In this document: piece by piece, positions 1 through 10,075 of the stretch
How positions within the stretch are numbered: the stretch's first letter is position 1
How the letters are laid out: every line of letters begins with the position of its first letter
Assembly (NCBI GenBank): GCA_021825865.1
Contig: JAKAFU010000001.1
Location: forward strand, 57,444-121,443
DNA: 64,000 nt
Origin: a bacterium
GTDB lineage: Bacteria; SZUA-79; Acidulodesulfobacterales; Acidulodesulfobacteraceae
Reading direction: 5' to 3'
The notes under the pieces: model-generated
Told to the model about the DNA's origin: nothing
Seen by the model: the letters and a program-made list of their open reading frames with translations, nothing else
The model's database searches: none
Program-made: the position numbers and the translations under genes

Positions 1-1032
1 AAACTTAGACGTGGTGACAGAGCCTACAAATTCGACGACTCCTTTAAATATTTTCCCCGGAAAGGAATCGACGGTAACGACGACGGGGTCCCCTTTTTTG
101 ACGTGCGCAATCAACGTCTCTTTTGCATTGGCGGTTACCCAAACTTTTTTAAGATTATTTATCATAAGTATAGGCGTACCCGGCGTAATATACTCGCCTA
201 AATACGACTCTTTCTCGCTTATTACGCCGCTCACCGGCGACTTTATAAACGTATTCAGATAATTTGCACGCGCTAATTTATAAGCGGCGTCTGCAACCTT
301 AATCGCAGCCTCCAAAGGTTTAATAGTTGTATACTTTTTTGCGGTTATAATGCTTTTTGTATATTGCGCATTTACAAAACTTCTTCTTGCGGAAAAATAT
401 GCTGTTAAAGCTGTATTATAATTCTGACGCGCAACCAGATAAGATGTTTTTAGAGTATCAAACTGTTCACGCGTTATAAATTCTTTGCCTAAAAGTTTAA
501 GACCTCTCAAATAATCTCTTTTATCTAATTTAAAGGTCAACTTTGCCGCGGATAAAGCAGAAGAAGACTTTTTTAAATTTAATTTATCTAAATAATAATT
601 ATTAAAAGCCGTCCCTGCAAAATCACCGATTGCTCCGCCTGCGTTAAAAAGATTTTGTTTAGCCAGATCATAATTAGCTTTAGCCTGAAGCATTTCAGGA
701 TAATAAGTAGATTGGTTAATAACTGCTAAGAGTTCGCCTTTTTTAACAGATTCGTTTTTATGAACATATATAGAGCGTATATTGCCTGGAACCATTGAGC
801 TAACGGCGTAAATGTGCCCGTCAACCTCGGCGTCCTCAGTATAAACATGATTTAAAGAGTATAAATACCATTTTAGAACGAATACTCCGCCTATTATTGC
901 TATCAAAACAATGATTGAAGCAAATATTATATTTTTTTTTGTAAATTTGGAGGCACTGTCGTCCGTCCTGCCAGCATTTATGTTTACATCTGCGCTTCCG
1001 CCGTTTTTGTTTTTTCCGCTATCTTCATTCAT
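1..1032 (-). CDS. HlyD/EmrA-family periplasmic adaptor (membrane fusion protein). The C-terminus runs off the left edge of the window.
   Basis: Hand translation of the minus strand from ATG at 1032 gives MNEDSGKNKNGG..KKNIIFASIIVLIAIIGGVFVL (one TM anchor), then ..HVYTEDAEVDGHIYAVSSMVPGNIRSIYVHKNESVKKGELLAVI (lipoyl-like hairpin) and ..IKSPVSGVISEKESYLGEYITPGTPILMI. It stays open to position 1 (344 codons). Not in the ORF track because no stop lies inside the window. It sits directly downstream of a TolC-like gene. Confidence 0.8.
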   Translation of the reverse strand, partial: MNEDSGKNKNGGSADVNINAGRTDDSASKFTKKNIIFASIIVLIAIIGGVFVLKWYLYSLNHVYTEDAEVDGHIYAVSSMVPGNIRSIYVHKNESVKKGELLAVINQSTYYPEMLQAKANYDLAKQNLFNAGGAIGDFAGTAFNNYYLDKLNLKKSSSALSAAKLTFKLDKRDYLRGLKLLGKEFITREQFDTLKTSYLVARQNYNTALTAYFSARRSFVNAQYTKSIITAKKYTTIKPLEAAIKVADAAYKLARANYLNTFIKSPVSGVISEKESYLGEYITPGTPILMINNLKKVWVTANAKETLIAHVKKGDPVVVTVDSFPGKIFKGVVEFVGSVTTSKF

Positions 1033-1167
1033 AATACGAAAAAGCCTCCAAATTCTTACAATAATATTGCATACTTAAATTGTTTATAAAATATAAAATT
1101 AAAATATAGAAAAATATATATAGTATAGATATAATATATAAGTTATCACGATTAATCGACGCACAAA

Positions 1168-2595
1168 TTAATACTTAAACCTGTCTATGCTTAAACGGAT
1201 AAGTTTCCTCTTGAATGAACCGGTTAAAGTTTTAAAATTTAATATAGAACTGTAATAATCCAATTTTTCTGCAAGCAGATTATGGCGCGCAGAGGCAAGT
1301 TCAGCCAGAGCGGTAATTACGTCAACGCTGGTTGCCACGCCCGCTTTATATTCTTCTTCGACAAGTTTATAGTTTTTATGGGCATATGATTCTTCATGTC
1401 TTAAAGCTATTATCTGATATTTAAGATTTTGTATATTATAAAAACCGGATACTACGTCTGCCCTTAAATCCCTTTTTGCCTGAACAAGTTCGTACATATC
1501 GGCATTATTTTGAGACCTTGCCTTTTCAATAGAAATAATCCTGGTGCCTCCCTGAAATAGAGGAAATGTTAAAACTCCCGCTGCAGTCCAGTAATGTTCG
1601 TTTCCTTGAGGAATGAAATGATTATCGGATATGCCGTTATATGTAGCTTCAAAATTTATTTTAGGTATATATTGAGTTTCATAATAGTAAACCTCATCTT
1701 TGGACTCTTTTTTTAAAAATTTGAGAGACTTAAGCCCAGGATTATATTTATATGCTAATTTTATATATTGTTTCAGGCTGTTATTTAACAGTACCGGATT
1801 TTTCGGTTTAACTACTTTAAAATTAAAACTCACTCCTATAATTGCCCGCAAATTTGCTTCAGCGGATTTTAATTTATTTTTTGCGGCGATATACTGCTGC
1901 TTAGCCTGATAATATTCCGATTTTGCCTGTAAAACATCCGTTATAATGGCAAGGCCGGCTTTCAGTTTTGCTTTAGCGAGCTGCATATGCGATAAAGCTT
2001 CCTCCATCGTTTTCCTGTCCGCTTTAACCAGATTTGCATCGCTTAAAACATCGTAGTAATCGCTTGCCGTTTCAAAGAGTTTATTTTGCGAAACATTATT
2101 TAAAGACATCTTGGATGATTTTATAGAATTTTCCGCTGCGTAATAAGCCGGTATAGCCGGTATATTGAGCAGAGGCTGGGTCAATGCAAATGTATAGCCG
2201 TAAGTAGGGTAGAAAAAAGAAAAAATATTGCTTCCGCCGGAAGATGACTGCGAAGAAGATGATGAAGACGGAGAATTCTGATGAAACCTCTGGTCTTTAT
2301 ATGTAAGCGAAATATTCGGAAGCAGCATACTTATAGCCGTCCATTTAAGCAAAGTCGATTGATAATAGGACTCCCGCTGAGACTTGATAGTTCCGTTTAA
2401 TTTTGCCGCATACAAATATGCCTGATTTAAAGTAATAATTTTTTCGCCGTATGATTTTACGGGATGCAGCATAAATAAGACGAAACAAAAAAACAAAAAA
2501 TATATTAAAACAAAAGTCGAGGTTTTAAATATCATATTTTCTATGGAACTATTTTGCTCAAAACTTCTAAAACCGTTTTTACAGAAAATCTTCAT
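1168..2595 (-). CDS. TolC-family outer-membrane efflux protein
   Basis: 475 aa ORF with a hydrophobic N-terminal signal region (start may be the internal ATG at 2535, MIFKTSTFVLIYFLFF..). It shows the two-repeat coiled-coil pattern typical of outer membrane factor proteins (..QAKSEYYQAKQQYIAAKNKLKSAEANLR.., ..LAELASARHNLLAEKLDYY..). It is co-oriented with the HlyD-type adaptor downstream. Confidence 0.75.
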   Translation of the reverse strand: MKIFCKNGFRSFEQNSSIENMIFKTSTFVLIYFLFFCFVLFMLHPVKSYGEKIITLNQAYLYAAKLNGTIKSQRESYYQSTLLKWTAISMLLPNISLTYKDQRFHQNSPSSSSSSQSSSGGSNIFSFFYPTYGYTFALTQPLLNIPAIPAYYAAENSIKSSKMSLNNVSQNKLFETASDYYDVLSDANLVKADRKTMEEALSHMQLAKAKLKAGLAIITDVLQAKSEYYQAKQQYIAAKNKLKSAEANLRAIIGVSFNFKVVKPKNPVLLNNSLKQYIKLAYKYNPGLKSLKFLKKESKDEVYYYETQYIPKINFEATYNGISDNHFIPQGNEHYWTAAGVLTFPLFQGGTRIISIEKARSQNNADMYELVQAKRDLRADVVSGFYNIQNLKYQIIALRHEESYAHKNYKLVEEEYKAGVATSVDVITALAELASARHNLLAEKLDYYSSILNFKTLTGSFKRKLIRLSIDRFKY

Positions 2596-2686
2596 AATAA
2601 TTTATCCTATAATTTATAATACGATTACAAACATACAAATAGTTTTACTTATCTCATTATATCTTTATCGTGTACATTATTTTATT

Positions 2687-2708
2687 ATAATGACTAATTA
2701 GTCATTAT
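2687..2708. promoter_or_regulatory. 22-bp perfect palindrome ATAATGACTAATTAGTCATTAT in the promoter region of the tolC/hlyD efflux operon. Candidate repressor operator.
   Basis: Read directly: the sequence at 2687..2708 equals its own reverse complement. It lies about 90 bp upstream of the TolC-like start on the minus strand. Confidence 0.35.
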
Positions 2709-2752
2709 GCAACATTTTTTTTATACCGCCCTATCATAAAAAAATTAAAAGA

Positions 2753-3502
2753 TTATAAAGAGTGGATTATTAATCCTATAGCCGCAAATGATAAAACAAC
2801 CATCACGATAATATAAAAAAATTTCTGATTGATTCTAAAATGAAGTTTATTTCCAAAAAATAAACCCAATAAGAGAAAAGGCGCTAAAAACAAGGACATT
2901 TTAAAAACTGCAAAGGTCAACAGACCCAGATATATATATAAAAAAGCTCTTGTAATACTGTCAGTTATTGCCACAATCTGAAATGTTGCCCTAAAAGCTC
3001 TTTTATTTAAATGCTTCATTTGCAGATATGCAACAATAGGCGGTCCGCCTCCTCCATATAAACTTCCTATAAATCCGCCGAAGAAACCTAGCGGTGCTCC
3101 CGCACAATTATTTGCAAAAGGTAATTTTTCCTGCTTGACTAAAAATCCGTAAATTACGTACAACAATATAAACAAACCCAAGAATATGGTAAGTTTTTGA
3201 GGATTTGCATATTTCAGCAAAATGCCGCCGAAGAGCAGTCCGGCAATGGTAAAAGGCAGCAGATAATTCAGAGCATGCCACTTAACTTCTTTAAAATCAT
3301 ATGCTCCAAGAATAATGCTTCCTGCAAAATCGAGAATAAAGACGACCGGAACCGTAAACCTTATAGGAAACAGCATGGTCAAAACGGATACTGAAATTAA
3401 TCCTGAGCCGAATCCTATAGTTGCCCGCACAAAAAAAGCGATTAATATGACAAAAACCGCTATAATAATTTTATAAGTAAAGTAGTTAAAAATTAGAGTC
3501 AT
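2753..3502 (-). CDS. TauE/SafE (TSUP, DUF81) family anion/sulfite exporter-type membrane protein
   Basis: 249 aa, about 7-8 hydrophobic segments, two-repeat architecture, with Gly-rich motifs IGFGSGLI and GSLYGGGGPPIVAYL typical of TSUP proteins. Confidence 0.7.
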   Translation of the reverse strand: MTLIFNYFTYKIIIAVFVILIAFFVRATIGFGSGLISVSVLTMLFPIRFTVPVVFILDFAGSIILGAYDFKEVKWHALNYLLPFTIAGLLFGGILLKYANPQKLTIFLGLFILLYVIYGFLVKQEKLPFANNCAGAPLGFFGGFIGSLYGGGGPPIVAYLQMKHLNKRAFRATFQIVAITDSITRAFLYIYLGLLTFAVFKMSLFLAPFLLLGLFFGNKLHFRINQKFFYIIVMVVLSFAAIGLIIHSL

Positions 3503-3592
3503 AAATTCTATTCAACCAAATATTTTTTTAAAAATCATTATTAATTTATTAAAAATATTGAAATTTTAGCGCAATTGCCAATGGGAAGGGGT

Positions 3593-5443
3593 TTAGCTGT
3601 ATAATGTTTTACTGCAGTGCATTAAAAGAATACTTATCGCTGCCGGCGTAATTCCGGATATACGGCTTGCATCGTAAATGGTTTCCGGTTTTATTTTATT
3701 TAATTTTTCTACAACCTCAATAGATAAACCGGATAAACTCTTATAATCCAAATTTTTATCTAAACGGTAATCTTCAAATTTTTTCATTCTTTTTACTTCT
3801 TCTTTTTGTCTGTTTATATAGCCTTCATATTTTATATAAAGTTCAACCCGTTTTAAAATCTCATCGCCGTAATCTTTTATATTTATATACGGCTTATTAC
3901 TATTGAGCAGATTATCGTCACCGCACAATCTGCCTTCTGCATTAAATAGCTGCAATATATCGACTTCCGGTCTTTTAAGAATATTATATAATCGTCCGCC
4001 CTCGGATGTTTTTATAAAATTTAATACTTCATTAAATCCGGCAATTCTCTGCCTGTATATATTGTATCTTTCATCGTCTAATAACCCGATTTTTCTGCCG
4101 TATTCGCATAACCGGAAATCGGCATTATCTTCTCTGAGCAGCAGACGGTATTCTGCCCTTGAAGTAAACATCCTGTAAGGCTCTGTAGTGCCAAGAGTGA
4201 TAAGGTCGTCAATCATAACTCCGATGTACGCTTCGTCCCTTCCTAAAATTAGCTGATTTTCGCCTTTAAGTTTTAATGCTGCGTTTATTCCTGCAATTAG
4301 TCCCTGAGCTGCCGCCTCTTCATAGCCGGAAGTGCCGTTTATCTGTCCAGCAAGAAAAAGATTACCGATTTTTCTTGTTTCAAGCGAATGATAAAGCTCT
4401 GTAGGCAATACATAGTCATATTCAATTGCATAGCCGGGGCGCAGAATCTTGACATTTTCAAGCCCTTCTATCGTCCTTAAAAAATTCAGTTGCGTTTCTA
4501 ACGGCAGACTCGTAGAAAGCCCGTTCGGATAATATTCATTTGAATTGAGCGATTCTTTTTCCAGAAAAATCTGGTGCCTCTCTTTGTCTTTAAATCTGAC
4601 GACTTTATCTTCTATGGAAGGACAGTATCTTGGTCCGGTACCTTTAATAACTCCGCAATATAATGGAGATTTATCCAAATTTCCTTTTATAATATCGTGC
4701 GTCTTTTCATTGGTATATGTAATGAAACAGCTTATCTTGTTTTCAATTTTTCTGCTGGATAACGAAAAAGGGGTGAAACCATCATCGCCACGCTGTTCTT
4801 CAAGCTTGGAAAATGAAATAGTTCTGCCGTCCAATCTCGGCGTTGTTCCCGTTTTCAGTCTGCCCAATTCCAAATTATTCCTACCCAAACTTAAGGATAA
4901 TTTATTTGAGGCAAAATCCCCTGCCCTTCCGGCTTTATAATTAAAAAGACCGATATGAACAAGTCCCCTTAAAAAAGTTCCGGTGGTTAATATCACTGCG
5001 CCGGAAAAAAGTTTATCCCCTGTCCATAATTCCACGCCTTTAACCACATTATTTTCAACTATTAAAGAATCTGCCATAGATTGTATTAATGTTAAATTTT
5101 CAGTATTTTCCAATACAATTTTCATATATTGCTTATATAAAAACATATCCGCCTGAGCACGTGACGACCTGACTGCAGGACCCTTTTTTGTATTTAAGGT
5201 TCTGAATTGAATGCCTGTTGTATCGGTTGCCCGCCCCATTTCTCCTCCAAGGCTGTCAATTTCTCTTACTAAATGACCCTTGGCAAGTCCGCCTATTGCA
5301 GGATTACACGACATTTGACCGATATTGTCCAGATTAATAGTTACAACCGCCGTATTTAGACCCATCCTCGCAGACGCAAGACATGCTTCTATGCCTGCAT
5401 GTCCGCTTCCTACTACGATAATATCAAAATCATTCTTTTTCAT
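3593..5443 (-). CDS. mnmG: tRNA uridine 5-carboxymethylaminomethyl modification enzyme MnmG (GidA)
   Basis: 616 aa. FAD motif DIIVVGSGHAGIEA, then ..NPAIGGLAKGHLVREIDSLGG.., ..TGPRYCPSIEDKV.., ..FLAGQINGTSGYEEAAAQG... Classic origin-proximal position next to mnmE. Confidence 0.97.
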   Translation of the reverse strand: MKKNDFDIIVVGSGHAGIEACLASARMGLNTAVVTINLDNIGQMSCNPAIGGLAKGHLVREIDSLGGEMGRATDTTGIQFRTLNTKKGPAVRSSRAQADMFLYKQYMKIVLENTENLTLIQSMADSLIVENNVVKGVELWTGDKLFSGAVILTTGTFLRGLVHIGLFNYKAGRAGDFASNKLSLSLGRNNLELGRLKTGTTPRLDGRTISFSKLEEQRGDDGFTPFSLSSRKIENKISCFITYTNEKTHDIIKGNLDKSPLYCGVIKGTGPRYCPSIEDKVVRFKDKERHQIFLEKESLNSNEYYPNGLSTSLPLETQLNFLRTIEGLENVKILRPGYAIEYDYVLPTELYHSLETRKIGNLFLAGQINGTSGYEEAAAQGLIAGINAALKLKGENQLILGRDEAYIGVMIDDLITLGTTEPYRMFTSRAEYRLLLREDNADFRLCEYGRKIGLLDDERYNIYRQRIAGFNEVLNFIKTSEGGRLYNILKRPEVDILQLFNAEGRLCGDDNLLNSNKPYINIKDYGDEILKRVELYIKYEGYINRQKEEVKRMKKFEDYRLDKNLDYKSLSGLSIEVVEKLNKIKPETIYDASRISGITPAAISILLMHCSKTLYS

Positions 5444-5503
5444 TATTGTTTAATTTTTCTATTGTTATTTATATTTATATTGTAATTTAAACCTATATAT
5501 AGG

Positions 5504-7045
5504 TTATTTGCCTATACAGAATTCTTTGAATAATGTATCCAGCACATCCTCGTTTGTTACGTTCCCTATGATATTTTCAAGACAATTAATCCCGTCCCTC
5601 AGCTCTATCGATATAATTTCGTACGGCTGGGCATTATTAAAAGCGTTTATAGCATTGTTGAGGCATAGCAAAGATTTTTCAAGAAGGTTCTTCTGTCTTA
5701 TTGTTGTAATGGCGATATTTTCAGGCAAAGCCGATTCCATTTTAAGCATTAAATCGTATAGATATTTTTTTAAAACGTTTATATCTAAATCATTTTCGGT
5801 AGTTATAAAAAAAATGCCTGAAATATTTTCATTCGTATTTGTATTATTCTTGCTGCATATATTTTGAACAAAATATTCGCCGCCGTCTTGCGCATCGGCT
5901 GAAATAAAATTTATGCCGAATTTGCTCTTAAATTGTTCTGTAATATAAGCTTTTTTTTCTATGAGCTCAGCTTTGGACAGTTTATCGGTTTTATTGAAAA
6001 CTAATATCAATTTTTTATTTTTATCGCAATTTTTAACAAATTCCAAATCTTCATCGTTTATATAATTTAAATCAGGTCCTTCTGCAATATCTATCAGATA
6101 CAGAATAATATCTGATTGTTTAATAATTTCGTATGTAAAATCAATCCCCGCTTTTTCGATATTATCGCTTGATATTCTAAGTCCTGCTGTATCGATTATT
6201 TTTAAAGTTTTATTAAATAAAAAAAGGCTTTCCTCAATATAATCGCGGGTTGTGCCAGGACTATCACTTACAATTGCCCTCTGTTTTTTTAATAATTTAT
6301 TTAAAAGGCTGGATTTTCCGGCATTCGGCTTTCCGGCTATAACAACATTTAATCCCTTCTTGCCGGCGGCATATTCATTATAGGAATTTATCATGTATTG
6401 CATAACCTCTTTAAGCTCATTGCCTTTTTGCAGGAACATTTTATTAATGTCTTCAAACTCTTCTTCCGGAAAATCTATCAGCGCCTCAATTGACGCTAAA
6501 ATATATAAAAAATTATCTTTAATGATATTAAGCTTGGCTTCAAGCTTCCCGTTTAATTCATTATTAGCAATTAACAGTGATTTGACGGATGTTGCTTTAA
6601 TGAGCTCTAAAATTGATTCTGCCTGAATTAAATTTATTTTTTTATTTATGTAGGCTCTCTTTGTAAATTCCCCGTTATAAGCAAGCCTTGCGCCTGATTT
6701 TATTATTAATTCTAAAATATATCTCGTATTAAAAACTCCGCCGTGCGGATAAATTTCGGCAATATCTTCCCCCGTGTATGAATGCGGAGACTTCATAAAA
6801 ACAAAACCGGCTTCATCTATTACGGCATTTATAAAATAATCATAAATGTTGCATACGTAAAATTTTTTAGGTTTGCAATCTGAAGCGGTAAAATTTGTTT
6901 GAGCCGTCGTTTTAAATTTAAGAATTTTATTGCAAATATCTATTGAAAGACCGCCTGATATGCGGATTATGCTGACGGCTCCTTCGCCTTCAGGGGTTGA
7001 TATAGCGCATATAGTATCTAATTCACTGTTTAATATCGAATACAT
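5504..7045 (-). CDS. mnmE: tRNA modification GTPase MnmE (TrmE)
   Basis: 513 aa. G1 motif GKPNAGKSSLLN, DTAGLR, NKTD, and the C-terminal CIGK tetrapeptide. Carries an Asn-rich insertion (..CSKNNTNTNENISG..). Confidence 0.95.
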   Translation of the reverse strand: MYSILNSELDTICAISTPEGEGAVSIIRISGGLSIDICNKILKFKTTAQTNFTASDCKPKKFYVCNIYDYFINAVIDEAGFVFMKSPHSYTGEDIAEIYPHGGVFNTRYILELIIKSGARLAYNGEFTKRAYINKKINLIQAESILELIKATSVKSLLIANNELNGKLEAKLNIIKDNFLYILASIEALIDFPEEEFEDINKMFLQKGNELKEVMQYMINSYNEYAAGKKGLNVVIAGKPNAGKSSLLNKLLKKQRAIVSDSPGTTRDYIEESLFLFNKTLKIIDTAGLRISSDNIEKAGIDFTYEIIKQSDIILYLIDIAEGPDLNYINDEDLEFVKNCDKNKKLILVFNKTDKLSKAELIEKKAYITEQFKSKFGINFISADAQDGGEYFVQNICSKNNTNTNENISGIFFITTENDLDINVLKKYLYDLMLKMESALPENIAITTIRQKNLLEKSLLCLNNAINAFNNAQPYEIISIELRDGINCLENIIGNVTNEDVLDTLFKEFCIGK

Positions 7046-7236
7046 AATGGCAAGATTTGTTTAATATTTATATTTCTTTACTGCATATTTATACTGCACA
7101 TTAAGTCTATATCATATTATTGTTTAGGGTTAAATAGAGATAGACAAATATTTTAATACGTAATAAAGCACAGTGACAATTATATCATTAAACCGTAAAC
7201 ATGAAAATAAGAATCGGTTCTATATAATTATCAAAC

Positions 7237-8799
7237 TCAGGCAAACTTTTTATTTATTATATACTGCTGAACAATTGTCAGGATATTATTGACAGTCCAA
7301 TATAAAAGAAGTCCGGCGGGAAAATTAATAAAAATAAACGTGAAAACAATGGGAAGAATCAGCATGATTTTAGCCTGCGTAGGGTCACCGACCATAGGAT
7401 TCATTTTTTGGGAAATTAACATGGTCACACCCATAAGTATTGGCAAAATATAGTAAGGATCAGGTGCTGCAAGATTATGAATCCATAATATAAGCGGAGC
7501 GTTTCTCAGCTGGATTGAAGTGCCTAAGGTTGTATATAAACCGTAAAAAACCGGTATTTGCAATAACATAGGCAAACATCCGCCTAAAGGATTAACCTTA
7601 CTTTCTTTATACATTTCCATAATACGCTTGTTTAATTCAGCTTTATTGTCTTTATATTTTTCTCTTAATTCATTAATTTTAGGGGTTAATTTTTGCATCT
7701 GCTTCATAGATTTAAATCCTGTATATGTAAGCGGATAAAACACGATTCTTATACAGAGTACCAATAAAATAATAGCGAGTCCGTAATTATGAACAAATTT
7801 ATAAAAAAATTCCAGAATATGAAGCAGCGGTATGGCAAGAAAACTGAAAAATCCGAAATTTAATGTAGAAGAAACATTGTGTCCGACAGGATCCAGTAAA
7901 GATAGTTTTTTAGGACCTGCAAAAATATTATATATAAATTGTTTGGATTTACCTGGAGCAATTAATAATTTTTTATGAAATTTATATGCGGCAATATTGT
8001 TGTGCTGATAATAAACAGCGCTGCTGCCGGGATTTATAACCGATAATAAAAAATATTTTGAGCTGAAACCGGCGAAAGAAATATTGCCCGTATATTTGAA
8101 CGGTTTTACGCTGTTTGGAGTAATTGTTTTATTGTTTATATATATTACGGAGGAATAATTTAAATAATTATTTTTCCCTTTTATATCGGGATTCAGACCG
8201 GCCGACAAATCTAAATTGCCTCTGAACAGCACCGGCAATTTAGATATATTTTTGGCATATATTATTAATTTAATTAAATATCTTTCATTATGCTTTTTTG
8301 AAAATTCATATTTTTTTATCAGCAGAATTTTTTTATTGATTTCATAACTAAATTTTAAAGAATCTTTTTTAATCTTCTTGCCTATAAATTTTATTGAAGA
8401 AGATTGTTGGGATGGGATAAAATTAATGACCTGATTTATTTTTGAGGCATTTTGGAGATTAACCTTATTTTTGATATTGTTTGGACTGTAGTAATACTTT
8501 TTTAAACTTAAAGAATATATAGAACCGGCAGGAATATAAAAACCCGCTCTTAAAAGTTTATTCCGGAAAACTAATTTTTTTTCGGGGATTATTGAAATAT
8601 TTAAATTTTTTTTATTTTTAAAATTTACGGCTGATTTTTTTAAATTTATTTTTATACCGGTAGAACTGCTGCTGATTAACTTTTTGTTATTTTTTATCGG
8701 TGCCTTGACGTTGTTTTTTGCAGGCTGCGGCATAAAATACCCCCACCCTACAATTAAAGCAATAGATAAAATAACCGCAATTATAACTCTTTTTTCCAA
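7237..8799 (-). CDS. yidC: Membrane protein insertase YidC (long periplasmic P1 domain form)
   Basis: 520 aa. N-terminal TM, about 300 aa Asn/Lys-rich periplasmic domain, conserved C-terminal core ..KQMQKLTPKINELREKYKDNK..MEMYKESKVNPLGGCLPMLLQIPVF... Confidence 0.93.
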   Translation of the reverse strand: MEKRVIIAVILSIALIVGWGYFMPQPAKNNVKAPIKNNKKLISSSSTGIKINLKKSAVNFKNKKNLNISIIPEKKLVFRNKLLRAGFYIPAGSIYSLSLKKYYYSPNNIKNKVNLQNASKINQVINFIPSQQSSSIKFIGKKIKKDSLKFSYEINKKILLIKKYEFSKKHNERYLIKLIIYAKNISKLPVLFRGNLDLSAGLNPDIKGKNNYLNYSSVIYINNKTITPNSVKPFKYTGNISFAGFSSKYFLLSVINPGSSAVYYQHNNIAAYKFHKKLLIAPGKSKQFIYNIFAGPKKLSLLDPVGHNVSSTLNFGFFSFLAIPLLHILEFFYKFVHNYGLAIILLVLCIRIVFYPLTYTGFKSMKQMQKLTPKINELREKYKDNKAELNKRIMEMYKESKVNPLGGCLPMLLQIPVFYGLYTTLGTSIQLRNAPLILWIHNLAAPDPYYILPILMGVTMLISQKMNPMVGDPTQAKIMLILPIVFTFIFINFPAGLLLYWTVNNILTIVQQYIINKKFA

Positions 8800-8848
8800 A
8801 AAATAGCCGCCTATTAAATTATAATATTATAAATTATATTTTGTTATA

Positions 8849-9121
8849 TTAATGTTTATGAATAACAGGGTCATAACCGCCTTTAGAAAGGGGATTGCAT
8901 CTTAGAACTCTGTAAAGTGAAAGATACAGCGCTTTAAAAACATTAAAAGACTTAAAACACTCTTCGGCATATTCGGAACAAGTCGGATAAAATCTGCAGT
9001 TATTACCTAAATATGGCGATACGAACTTTCTATATATTTTAATTAAAAAAATAAAAAATAAATTAACGGTGTCTTTGCCGATTGAAATTTTTTTTATTTT
9101 TTTTTGTAGATTATTAAACAT
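8849..9121 (-). CDS. yidD: Membrane protein insertion efficiency factor YidD
   Basis: 90 aa with the signature CRFYPTCSEYA...GGYDPV. Located between rnpA and yidC. Confidence 0.85.
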   Translation of the reverse strand: MFNNLQKKIKKISIGKDTVNLFFIFLIKIYRKFVSPYLGNNCRFYPTCSEYAEECFKSFNVFKALYLSLYRVLRCNPLSKGGYDPVIHKH

Positions 9122-9124
9122 TTA

Positions 9125-9451
9125 TTAATTAATTAAGAAATTTAGACTATCATACAACGGTTGAAAAGATAGAGGATATTTTAAAATAACAATCACACAG
9201 CTAAAATTTTTTAAAGAAAATTTATTAAATCTTAAATACTCTTTTATTTTTCTTTTTATGTAATTTTTTTCTGTTGCCTTAAATTTATGTTTTTTAAAAC
9301 CTACGGCATATTTAAAAGCTGCGGAATGATTAAAAAAAATTATAACATCGTTCATTATTCTTTTTTTGCCGTTTTTAAAAACTCTGTCAATTTCCTTTTT
9401 ATTTTTTAAATGATAATTTTTACCGAATTTATAGCTGATTTCTAAAGACAT
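9125..9451 (-). CDS. rnpA: Ribonuclease P protein component
   Basis: 108 aa basic protein directly downstream of rpmH and upstream of yidD. N-terminal ..LKNKKEIDRVFKNGKK.. resembles the RnpA motif. The call rests mostly on conserved synteny. Confidence 0.75.
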   Translation of the reverse strand: MSLEISYKFGKNYHLKNKKEIDRVFKNGKKRIMNDVIIFFNHSAAFKYAVGFKKHKFKATEKNYIKRKIKEYLRFNKFSLKNFSCVIVILKYPLSFQPLYDSLNFLIN

Positions 9452-9478
9452 TATACGTTATTATTCAGAACTTATAAA

Positions 9479-9628
9479 TTATTTAGAACTTATAATAGGA
9501 ACAAGAATTTTTCTTCCTTTTCTTCTTCTTCTGGCAATTACCAGTCTTCCTGCTTTCGTTGCCATACGGCCTAAAAATCCATGTGTTCTTTTTCTTTTTA
9601 AATTACTTGGCTGAAAGGTTCTTTTCAT
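9479..9628 (-). CDS. rpmH: 50S ribosomal protein L34
   Basis: Not in the ORF track (too short). Hand translation of the minus strand from ATG at 9628 gives [49 protein letters not shown] followed by TAA. This is the canonical L34 sequence. Confidence 0.93.
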   Translation of the reverse strand: MKRTFQPSNLKRKRTHGFLGRMATKAGRLVIARRRRKGRKILVPIISSK

Positions 9629-10075
9629 AAATATCTCCGTTTTTTTATTAATAAGTTTTACAATGCTTAACTTATAGATTTAATCAAATCATTAGGTTAA
9701 TGTCAATAAATTTTTAACTATAAATTTAAATATATTTAAATTTATAGAATATATGCTAATTTATATTATATAATTATCGCATATTATAATCGTTTAATTT
9801 TAATCTGTATTGCTAAATTTTAGCAATACATTATATTATATTTATATATTTATAATATATGCGGCTTAAAATATATTACATTTTACAATTGGAAATTTTT
9901 TAATTATAATTAAAATTCGTTGTTTATAAAAATTATTACAGAATTGTTAAATAATTAAATAATTATTTTATTTTATATATATAACTTATTAATTCTATTG
10001 AGTTAATTGACTTATCAACAGCTGTTAACAAAGATGTTTAATTCTAACTAAAAACTTATTATTACCTTACCTAAT
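9629..10075. other. Probable oriC / dnaA promoter region (rpmH-dnaA divergent intergenic)
   Basis: 447 bp, almost pure A/T, at the canonical rpmH | dnaA junction. One near-consensus DnaA box TTATCAACA at 10012..10020 (1 mismatch to TTATCCACA). Weaker TGTTTATAA at 9921..9929. The dnaA-dnaN spacer (11594..11950) is an equally AT-rich alternative. Confidence 0.4.
9806..9830. repeat. 25-bp perfect palindrome TGTATTGCTAAA-T-TTTAGCAATACA
   Basis: Read directly: 12-nt arms around one central nucleotide, inside the rpmH-dnaA intergenic region. Confidence 0.6.
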
